This document shows positions 1 to 12,847 of a stretch of 64,000 bases of DNA, piece after piece (within the stretch, counting starts at the first letter, position 1; every line of letters begins with the position of its first letter). The translations under genes and the position numbers were made by a program. The stretch is from the human T2T-CHM13v2.0 reference genome, Homo sapiens, in NCBI RefSeq assembly GCF_009914755.1, contig NC_060928.1, one strand, 5' to 3'. The notes beneath the pieces were generated by a model. That model was not told the origin of the DNA and ran no database searches. It saw only the letters and a list, made by a program, of their open reading frames with translations.

Positions 1-671
1 TTGAGTACTTTGATATTTTATGTACACTTTATTATAAAAGTTTGGGTACTTTCATATTTTACGTACAGTATATAATACATACTTTGGGCACTTTGATGTT
101 TTATGTACAGTATATAATACATACTTTGGGTTCTTTGATAATTTATGTACAGCATATAATACATAATTTGGGGACTTTTATATTTTATGTACATTATATT
201 ATACATACTTTGGGTACTTTTATATTTTATGTACGGTATATAATACACACTTTGGGTACTTTGATATATTATGTACAGTATATAATACATACTTTGGGTA
301 CTTTGATATATTATGTACAGTATATAATACATACTAAGGGTACTTTGACATTTTATGTACAGTACATAATACATACTTTGGGTACTTTGATATTTTATGT
401 ACAGTATATAATGCATACTTTGAATACTTTGATATTTTATGTACAGTATATAATACATACTTTGGGTACTTTTATATTTTATGTACAGTATATAATATAT
501 AGTTTGGGTACTTTGATATTTTATGTACGGTATATAATACATACTTTGGGTACTTTGATATTTTATGTACAGTATATAATACATACTTTGGGTACTCTGA
601 TATTTTATGTACCGTATACAATATATAGTTTGAGTACTTTGATATTTTATGTACTGTATAAAATATATAGT

Positions 672-747
672 TTTCGTACTTTGATATTTTATGTACAGTA
701 TATAGTTTGAGTACTTTGATATTTTATGTACAGTTTTTTATAAATGT
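672..747 (+). repeat. Example of the higher-order unit boundary: 35-bp monomer (672-706) plus 41-bp monomer (707-747)
   Basis: 672-706 is tttcgtactttgatattttatgtacagtatatagt (7 bp short). 707-747 is ttgagtactttgatattttatgtacagttttttataaatgt (1 bp short). The next unit begins ttgggtgctttcat at 748. The same boundary recurs about 87 times in the window. Confidence 0.9.
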
Positions 748-2350
748 TTGGGTGCTTTCATATTTTATGTACAGTATATAATACATACAAAGGGCACTTT
801 GTTATTTTATGTACAGTATATAATACATACTTTGGGTACTCTGATATTTTATGTACAGTGTATAATACATACTTTGGGTACTTTGATATTTTATGTACAA
901 TATATAATACATACGTTGGGAACTTTGATATATTATGTACAGTATATAATACATACTTTGGGTACTTTGATATTTTATCTACAGTATACAACACATAGTT
1001 TGTGTACTTTGATATTTTATGTACAGTATATAATACATACTTTGGGTACTTTGATATTTTATGTACAGTATATAATACATACTTTGGGTACTTTCATATT
1101 TTATGTACAGTATATAATACATAGTTTGGTTACTTTGATATTTTATCTACAGCTTATAATACATACTTTGGATACTTTGATACTTTATGTACAGTATATA
1201 ATACATACTTTGGGTACTTTGATATTTTATGTACAGTATACAATATATAGTTTGAGTACTTTGATATTTTATGTGCAGTATAAAATATATAGTTTTGGTA
1301 CTTTCATATTTTATGTACAGTATATAGTTTGAGTACTTTGATATTTTATGGACAGTTTTTTATAAATGGGTGCTTTCATATTTTAAGTACAGTATATAAT
1401 ACATACTAAGGGCACTTTGATATTTTATGTACAGTATATAATACATACTTTGGGTACTTTGATATTTTATGTACATCATATAATATATAGTTTGGGTACT
1501 TTGATATTTTATGTACAGTATATAATACATACCTTGGGTACTTTGATATTTTATGTACAGTACATAATATATAGTTTGGGTATTTTGATATTTTATGTAC
1601 AGTATATAATACATACTTTGGGTACTTTGATATTTTATGTACAGTATATAATACATACTTTGGGAACTTTGATATTTTATGTACAGTATGTAAAACATAC
1701 TTTGGGTACTTTGATATTTTATGTACAGTATATAATACATACTATTGGTACTTTGATATTTTATGTACATTATACAATATATAGTTTGAGTACTTTGATA
1801 TTTTATGTCCAGTATAAAATATATAGATTTCGTACTTTGATATTTTATGTACAGAATATAGTTTGAGTACTTTCATATTTTATGTACACTTTATTATAAA
1901 AGTTTGGGTACTTTCATATTTTACGTACAGTATATAATACATACTTTGGGTACTTTTATATTTTATGTACGGTATATAATACATACTTTGGGTACTTTGA
2001 TATATTATGTACAGTATATAATACATACTTTGGGCACTTTGATGTTTTATGTACAGTATATAATACATACTTTGGGTTCTTTGATATGTTATTTACAGCA
2101 TATAGTACATAATTTGGGGACTTTTATATTTTATGTACATTATATAATACATACTTTGGGTACTTTTATATTTTATGTACAGTATATAATACATACTTTG
2201 GGTACTTTGATATATTATGTACAGTATATAATACATACTTAGGGTACTTTGACATTTTATGTACAGTACATAATACATTCTTTGGGTACTTTGATATTTT
2301 ATGTACAGTATATAATACATACTTTGGGTACTTTGATATTTTATGTACAG

Positions 2351-4866
2351 TATATAATACATGTTTTGGGTACTTTTATATTTTATGTACAGTATATAAT
2401 ATATAGTTTGGGTACTTTGATATTTTATGTACGGTATATAATACATACTTTGGGTACTTTGATATTTTATGTACAGTATATAATACATACTTTGGGTACT
2501 TTGATAATTTATGTACAGTATATAATACATACTTTGGGTACTTTGATATTTAATGTACAGTATATAATACACACTTTGCGTACTTTGATATTTTATGTAA
2601 AGTATGTAATACATACTTTGGGTACTTTGATATTTTATGTACAGTATGTAATACACGCTTTGGGTACTTTGATATTTTATGTAGAGTATGTAAAACATAC
2701 TTTGGGTAGTTTGGTATTTTATGATCAGTATATAATACATATTTTGGGTACTTTGATATTTTATGTACAGTATATAATACATACTTTGGGTACTTTGATA
2801 TTTTATGTACAGTATATAATGCATAATTTGGGTACTTCAATAGTTTATGCACAGTATATAATACATACTTTGGGTAATTTGATATTTTATGTACAGTATA
2901 TAATGCATACTTTGGGTACTTTGATAGTTTATGTACAGTATACAATACATACTTTGGGTACTTTGATATTTTATGTACAGTATATAATATGTAGTTTGGG
3001 TACTTTGATATTTTAACTACAGTATATAATACATACTTTGGGTACTTTGATATTTTATCTACAGTATATAATAGATACTTTGGGTACTTTGATATATTAT
3101 GTACAGTATATAATACATAGTTTGGTTACTTTGATATTTTTTGTACAGTATGTAAAACATACTTTGGGGAGTTTGATATTTTATGAACAGTATATAATAC
3201 ACATTTTGGGTACTTTGATATTTTATGTACGGTATATAATACATACTTTGGGTACTTTGATATTTTATGTACAGTATATAATTCATACTTTGGGTACTTT
3301 GATATTTTATGTACAGTATATAATACATATATTGGGTACTTCGATATTTTATGTGCAGTACCCTATATATAGTTTGGGTACTTTGATATTTTATGTCCAG
3401 TATAAAATAAATAGTTTTGGTACTTTGATATTTTATGTACAGTATATAGTTTGAGTACTTTGATATTTAATGTTCAGTTTATTATAAATGTTTGGGTGCT
3501 TTCATATTTTATATACAGTATATAATACATACTTTGGGCACTTTGATATTTTCTGTACAGTATATAATACATACTTTGGGTACTTTGATATTTTATGTAT
3601 GGTATATAATACATGTTTTGGGTACTTTTATATTTTATGTACAGTATATAATATATAGTTTGGGTACTTTGATATTTTATGTACGGTATATAATACATAC
3701 TTTGGGTACTTTGATATTTTATGTACAGTATATAATACATACTTTGGGTACTTTGATAATTTATGTACAGTATATAATACATACTTTGGGTACTTTGATA
3801 TTTAATGTACAGTATATAATACACACTTTGCGTACTTTGATATTTTATGTAAAGTATGTAATACATACTTTGGGTACTTTGATATTTTATGTACAGTATG
3901 TAATACACGCTTTGGGTACTTTGATATTTTATGTAGAGTATGTAAAACATACTTTGGGTAGTTTGGTATTTTATGATCAGTATATAATACATATTTTGGG
4001 TACTTTGATATTTTATGTACAGTATATAATACATACTTTGGGTACTTTGATATTTTATGTACAGTATATAATGCATAATTTGGGTACTTCAATAGTTTAT
4101 GCACAGTATATAATACATACTTTGGGTAATTTGATATTTTATGTACAGTATATAATGCATACTTTGGGTACTTTGATAGTTTATGTACAGTATACAATAC
4201 ATACTTTGGGTACTTTGATATTTTATGTACAGTATATAATATGTAGTTTGGGTACTTTGATATTTTAACTACAGTATATAATACATACTTTGGGTACTTT
4301 GATATTTTATCTACAGTATATAATAGATACTTTGGGTACTTTGATATATTATGTACAGTATATAATACATAGTTTGGTTACTTTGATATTTTTTGTACAG
4401 TATGTAAAACATACTTTGGGGAGTTTGATATTTTATGAACAGTATATAATACACATTTTGGGTACTTTGATATTTTATGTACGGTATATAATACATACTT
4501 TGGGTACTTTGATATTTTATGTACAGTATATAATTCATACTTTGGGTACTTTGATATTTTATGTACAGTATATAATACATACATTGGGTACTTCGATATT
4601 TTATGTGCAGTACCCTATATATAGTTTGGGTACTTTGATATTTTATGTCCAGTATAAAATAAATAGTTTTGGTACTTTGATATTTTATGTACAGTATATA
4701 GTTTGAGTACTTTGATATTTAATGTTCAGTTTATTATAAATGTTTGGGTGCTTTCATATTTTATATACAGTATATAATACATACTTTGGGCACTTTGATA
4801 TTTTCTGTACAGTATATAATACATACTTTGGGTACTTTGATATTTTATGTATGGTATATAATACAT
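2351..4866 (+). repeat. Direct tandem duplication of 1252 bp (30 monomers minus 8 bp)
   Basis: Diagnostic variants recur at +1252: acatgttttg 2359/3611, gtatgg about 3597/4849, and ORF-track pairs 2550/3802 and 3038/4290. Confidence 0.9.
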
Positions 4867-5309
4867 ACAATGGGTACTTTGATATTTTATGTACAGTATA
4901 TAATATATAGTTTGGTTACTTTGATATTTTATATACAGTATATAATATATATTATGTGTACTTTGATATATTATGTACAGTATATAATATATAGTATGGG
5001 TTGTTTGATATTTTATGTACAGTATATAATATATAGTTTGGGTAGTTTGATATTTTTAGTACAGTATGTAATATATAGTTTGTTTTATTTGATATTTTAT
5101 GTACAGTATACAATATATAGTATTGGTACTTTGATATTTCATGTAAAGTATATAGTTTGAGTACTTTGATATTTTATATGCAGTTTATTATAAATGTTTG
5201 GGTACCTTCATATTTTATGTACAGTATATAATACATACTTTGGGAACTTTTATTTTATGTGCAGTATATAATACATACTTTGGGTACTTTGATATTTCAT
5301 GTACAGTAT

Positions 5310-8300
5310 ATAATACACACTTTGGGTACTTTGATATTTTATGTACAGTATATAATACATACTTTGGGTACTTTGATGTATTATGTACAGTATATAATAC
5401 ATACTTTGGGTACTTTGATATTTTATGTACAGTATATAATACATACTTTGGGTACTTTGATATTTTATGTACAGTATGTAATACATAATTTGGGTACTTT
5501 AATATTTTATGTGTAGTATATAATACATACTTTGGGTACTTAGATATTTTATGTACAGTATATAATACATACATTGGGTACTTTCATATTTCATGTACAG
5601 TATATAATATATAGTTTGGGTACTTTGGTATATTATGTACTGTATATAATACATACTTTGAGTACTTTGATATTTTATGTACAGTATATAATACATACTT
5701 TGAGTACTTTGATATTTTATGTACAGTATGTAATACATAATTTGGGTACTTTAATATTTTATGTATAGTATATAATACATACTTTGGGTACTTTGATATT
5801 TTATGTACAGTATATAATATATACATTGGGTACTTTCATATTTCATGTACAGTATATAATATATAGTTTGGGTACTTTGGTATATTATGTACTGTATATA
5901 ATACATACTTTGAGTACTTTGATATTTTATGTACAGTATATAATATATAGTTTGGGTACTTTGATATTTTATATACAATATATAATATGTATTATGTGTA
6001 CTTTGATATATTCTGTGCAGTATATAATATATAGTTTGGGTTGTTTGATATTTTATGTACAGTATATAATATATTGTTTGGGTAGTTTGATATTTTAAGT
6101 ACAGTATGTAATATATAGTTTGTGTTATTTGATATTTTATGTAATGTATACAATATATAGTACTGGTACTTTGATATTTCATGTAAAGTATATAGTTTGA
6201 GTACTTTGATATTTTATATACAGTTTATTATAAATGTTTGGGTACCTTCATATTTTATGTACAGTATATAATACATACTTTGGGAACTTTTATTTTATGT
6301 GCAGTATATAATACATACCTTGGGTACTTTGATATTTTATGTACAGGATATAATACACACTTTGGGTACTTTGATATTTTATGTACAGTATATAATACAC
6401 ACTTTGGGTAGTTTGATATTTTATGTACAGTATATAATACATACTTTGGGTACTTTGATATTTTATGTACAGTATGTAATACATAATTTGGGTACTTTAA
6501 TATTTTATGTATAGTATATAATACATACTTTGGGTACTTTGATATTTTATGTACAGTATATAATACATACATTGGGTACTTTCATATTTCATGTACAGTA
6601 TATAATATATAGTTTGGGTACTTTGGTATATTATGTACTGTATATAATACATACTTTGAGTACTTTGATATTTTATGTACAGTATATAATACATACTTTG
6701 CGTACTTTGATATTTTATGTCCAGTATAGAATATATGGTTTTGGTAGTTTGATATTTTATGTACAGTATATAGTTTGAGTACTTTCACATTTTATGTACA
6801 GTTTATTATAAATGTTTGGGTGTTTTCATATTTTATGTACTGTATATAATACATACATTGGGCACTTTGATATATTATGTACAATATATAATACATACTT
6901 TGGGTACTCTGATATTTTATGTACAGTATATAATACACACTTTGGGTACTTTGATATTTTATGAACAGGATATAATGCATACTTTGGGTACTTTGATTGT
7001 TTATGTACAGTATATAATACATAATTTGGGTACTTTGATATTTTATGTATAGTATAAAATATACAGTTTGGGTACTTTGATATTTTATGTACAGTATGTA
7101 AAACATACTTTGGGGAGTTTGATATTTTTTGTACAGTATGTAAAACATAATTTGGGGAGTTTGATATTTTATGAACAGTATATAATACACATTTTGTGTA
7201 CTTTGGTATTTTATGTACAGTATATAATACATACTTTGGGTACTTTGATATTTTATGTACAGTATATAATACATACTTTGGGTACTTTGATATTTTATGT
7301 ACAGTATACAATATATAGTTTGAGTACTTTGATATTTTATGTACTGTATAAAATATATAGTTTTGGTACTTTGATATTTTATGTACAGTATATAGTTTGA
7401 GTACTTTGATATTTTATGTACAGTTTGTTATAAATATTTGGGTGCTTTCATATTTTATGTACTGTATATAATACATGCTTTAGGCACTTTGATATTTTAT
7501 GTACAGTATATAATACATACTTTGGGTACTCTGATATTTTATGTACAGTGTATAATACATACTTTGGGTACTTTGATATTTTATGTACAGTATATAATAC
7601 ATAAATTGGGTACTTTGATATATTATGTACAGTATATAATACTTACTTGGGGTACTTTGATATTTTATGTATAGTATATAATACATAGTTTGTGTACTTT
7701 GATATTTTATGTACAGTATATAATACATACTATTGGTACTTTGATATTTTATGTACAGTATACAATATATAGTTTGAGTACTTTGATATTTTATGTCCAG
7801 TATAAAATATATAGATTTCGTACTTTGATATTTTATGTACAGAATATAGTTTGAGTACTTTGATATTTTATGTACACTTTATTATAAAAGTTTGGGTACT
7901 TTCATATTTTATGTACAGTATATAATACATACTTTGGGCACTTTGATGTTTTATGCACAGTATATAATACATACTTTGGGTACTTTTATATTTTATGTAC
8001 AGTATATAATACATAGTTTGGGTACTTTGATATTTAATATACAGTATATAATGCACACTTTGCGTACTTTGATATTTTATGTAAAGTATGTAATACATAC
8101 TTTGGGTAGTTTGATATTTTATGTACAGTATGTAATACACACTTTGGGTACTTTGATATTTTATGTACAGTATGTAAAACATACTTTGGGTAGTTTGATA
8201 TATTATGATCAGTATATAATACACATTTTGGGTACTTTGATATTTTATGTACAGTGTATAATACATACTTTGGGTACTTTGATATTTTATGTACAGGATA

Positions 8301-11291
8301 TAATGCATACTTTGGGTACTTTGATAGTTTATGTACAGTATATAATACTTACTTTGGGTACTTTGATATTTTATATATAGTATAAAATATATAGTTTGGG
8401 TAGTTTGATACTTTAAGTATAGTATATGATACATATTTTTAGTACTTAGATATTTTATCTACAGTGTATAATAAATACTATGGGTACTTTGATATATTAT
8501 GTACAATAGATAATACATGCTTTGGGTACTTTGGTATTTTATGTACAGTATATAATACATACTTTGGGTACTTTGATATTTTATGTACAGTATATAATAC
8601 ATACATTGGGTGCTTTCATATTTCATGTACACTATATAATATATAGTTTGGGTACTTTGGTATATTATGTACTGTATATAATACATACTTTGAGTATTTT
8701 GATATTTTATGTACAGTATATAATACATACTTTGGGTACTTTGATATTTTATGTACAGTATATAATGCATAATTTGGGTACTTCAATAGTTTATGCACAG
8801 TATATAATACATACTTTGGGTAATTTGATATTTTATGTACAGTATATAATGCATACTTTGGGTACTTTGATAGTTTATGTACAGTATACAATACATACTT
8901 TGGGTACTTTGATATTTTATGTACAGTATATAATATGTAGTTTGGGTACTTTGATATTTTAACTACAGTATATAATACATACTTTGGGTACTTTGATATT
9001 TTATCTACAGTATATAACAGATACTTTGGGTACTTTGATATATTATGTACAGTATATAATACATAGTTTGGTTACTTTGATATTTTTTGTACAGTATGTA
9101 AAACATACTTTGGGGAGTTTGATATTTTATGAACAGTATATAATACACATTTTGGGTACTTTGATATTTTATGTACGGTATATAATACATACTTTGGGTA
9201 CTTTGATATTTTATGTACAGTATATAATTCATACTTTGGGTACTTTGATATTTTATGTACAGTATATAATACATACTTTGGGTACTTTGATGTATTATGT
9301 ACAGTATATAATACATACTTTGGGTACTTTGATATTTTATGTACAGTATATAATACATACTTTGGGTACTTTGATATTTTATGTACAGTATATAATACAT
9401 ACTTTGGGTACTTTGATGTATTATGTACAGTATATAATACATACTTTGGGTACTTTGATATTTTATGTACAGTATATAATACACACTTTGGGTACTTTGA
9501 TATTTTATGTACAGTATATAATACATACTTTGGGTACTTTGATGTATTATGTACAGTATATAATACATACTTTGGGTACTTTGATATTTTATGTACAGTA
9601 TATAATACATACTTTGGGTACTTTGATATTTTATGTACAGTATGTAATACATAATTTGGGTACTTTAATATTTTATGTGTAGTATATAATACATACTTTG
9701 GGTACTTAGATATTTTATGTACAGTATATAATACATACATTGGGTACTTTCATATTTCATGTACAGTATATAATATATAGTTTGGGTACTTTGGTATATT
9801 ATGTACTGTATATAATACATACTTTGAGTACTTTGATATTTTATGTACAGTATATAATACATACTTTGAGTACTTTGATATTTTATGTACAGTATGTAAT
9901 ACATAATTTGGGTACTTTAATATTTTATGTATAGTATATAATACATACTTTGGGTACTTTGATATTTTATGTACAGTATATAATATATACATTGGGTACT
10001 TTCATATTTCATGTACAGTATATAATATATAGTTTGGGTACTTTGGTATATTATGTACTGTATATAATACATACTTTGAGTACTTTGATATTTTATGTAC
10101 AGTATATAATATATAGTTTGGGTACTTTGATATTTTATATACAATATATAATATGTATTATGTGTACTTTGATATATTCTGTGCAGTATATAATATATAG
10201 TTTGGGTTGTTTGATATTTTATGTACAGTATATAATATATTGTTTGGGTAGTTTGATATTTTAAGTACAGTATGTAATATATAGTTTGTGTTATTTGATA
10301 TTTTATGTAATGTATACAATATATAGTACTGGTACTTTGATATTTCATGTAAAGTATATAGTTTGAGTACTTTGATATTTTATATACAGTTTATTATAAA
10401 TGTTTGGGTACCTTCATATTTTATGTACAGTATATAATACATACTTTGGGAACTTTTATTTTATGTGCAGTATATAATACATACCTTGGGTACTTTGATA
10501 TTTTATGTACAGGATATAATACACACTTTGGGTACTTTGATATTTTATGTACAGTATATAATACACACTTTGGGTAGTTTGATATTTTATGTACAGTATA
10601 TAATACATACTTTGGGTACTTTGATATTTTATGTACAGTATGTAATACATAATTTGGGTACTTTAATATTTTATGTATAGTATATAATACATACTTTGGG
10701 TACTTTGATATTTTATGTACAGTATATAATACATACATTGGGTACTTTCATATTTCATGTACAGTATATAATATATAGTTTGGGTACTTTGGTATATTAT
10801 GTACTGTATATAATACATACTTTGAGTACTTTGATATTTTATGTACAGTATATAATACATACTTTGCGTACTTTGATATTTTATGTCCAGTATAGAATAT
10901 ATAGTTTTGGTAGTTTGATATTTTATGTACAGTATATAGTTTGAGTACTTTCACATTTTATGTACAGTTTATTATAAATGTTTGGGTGTTTTCATATTTT
11001 ATGTACTGTATATAATACATACATTGGGCACTTTGATATATTATGTACAGTATATAATACATACTTTGGGTACTCTGATATTTTATGTACAGTATATAAT
11101 ACACACTTTGGGTACTTTGATATTTTATGTACAGGATATAATGCATACTTTGGGTACTTTGATTGTTTATGTACAGTATATAATACATAATTTGGGTACT
11201 TTGATATTTTATGTATAGTATAAAATATACAGTTTGGGTACTTTGATATTTTATGTACAGTATGTAAAACATACTTTGGGGAGTTTGATAT
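5310..11291 (+). repeat. About 1.8-kb block (5310-7125) repeated at +4166 (9476-11291)
   Basis: Matching variant strings and identical or near-identical ORF-track translations at 5574/9740, 5751/9917, 6255/10421, 6530/10696 and 6816/10982. Confidence 0.85.
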
Positions 11292-12847
11292 TTTATGTAC
11301 AGTATATAATACATACATTGGGTACTTTGATATATTATGCACAGTATATAATACTTACTTGGGGTACTTTGATATTTTATGTACAGTATATAATACATAC
11401 TTTGTGTACTTTGATATTTTATGTACCTTATATAATACATAATTTGGGTACTTTGATATTTTATGTACAGTATATAATACATACTTTGGGTATCTTGATA
11501 TTTTATATACAGTATATAATGCATATTTTGGGTACTTTGATATTTTATGTACAGTATATAATGCATACTTTGAGTACTTTGATATTTTATGTACAGTATA
11601 TAATGCATACTTTGAGTACTTTGATATTTTATGTACAGTAAGTAATACATACTTTGGGTACTTTGATATTTTATGTATAGTATATAATACATAGTTTGTG
11701 TAGTTTGATATTTTATGTACAGTATACAATATATAGTTTGAGTACTTTGATATTTTATGTCCAGTATAAAATATATAGTTTTCCTAATTGATATTTTATG
11801 TACAGAATATAGTTTGAGTACTTTGATATATTATGTACACTTTATTATAAATGTTTGGGTACTTTCATATTTTATGTACAGTATATAATACATACTTTGG
11901 TCTCTTTGATGTTTTATGTACAGTATATAATACATACTTTGGGTTCTTTGATATTTTATGTGCAGAATATAATGCATAGTTTTAGGTACTTTTATATTTT
12001 ATGTACAGTATATAATACATACTTTGGGTACTTTGATATTTTATGTACAGTATATGATACATACTTTGGGAACTTTGATATTTTATGTACAGTATGTAAT
12101 ACATACTTTGGGTACTTTGATATTTTATGTACAGTATATAATACATATTATTGGTACTTTGATATTTTATGTACAGTATACAATATATAGTTTGAGTACT
12201 TTGATATTTTATGTCCAGTATAAAATACATAGATTTCATACTTTGATATTTTATGTACAGAATATAGTTTGAGTACTTTGATATTTTATGTACACTTTAT
12301 CATAAAAGTTTGGGTACTTTCATATTTTACGTACAGTATATAATACATACTTTGGGCACTTTGATGTTTTATGTACAGTATATAATACATACTTTGGGTT
12401 CTTTGATATGTTATGTACAGCATATAGTACATAATTTGGGGACTTTTATATTTTATGTACATTATATAATACATACTTTGGGTACTTTTATATTTTATGT
12501 ACGGTATATAATACATACTTTGGGTACTTTGATATATTATGTACAGTATATAATACATACTTTGGGTACTTTGATATATAATGTACAGTATATAATACAT
12601 ACTTAGGGTACTTTGATATTTTATGTACAGTACATAATACATACTTTGGGTACTTTGATATTTTATGTACAGTATGTAATACATACTTTGGGTACTTTGA
12701 TATTTTATGTACAGTATATAATACATGTTTTGGGTACTTTGATATTTAATGTACAGTATATAATACACACTTTGGGTACTTTGATATTTTATGTACAGTA
12801 TATAATACATACTTTGGGTACTTTGATATTTTATGTACAGTATATAA

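Noticed and set aside
3400-3412. + strand AATAAA in tataaaataaatag variants (also aaataaaaag near 20183)
   Set aside because: This is a single substitution in AT-rich tail monomers, spread by block duplication. There is no independent evidence of function.
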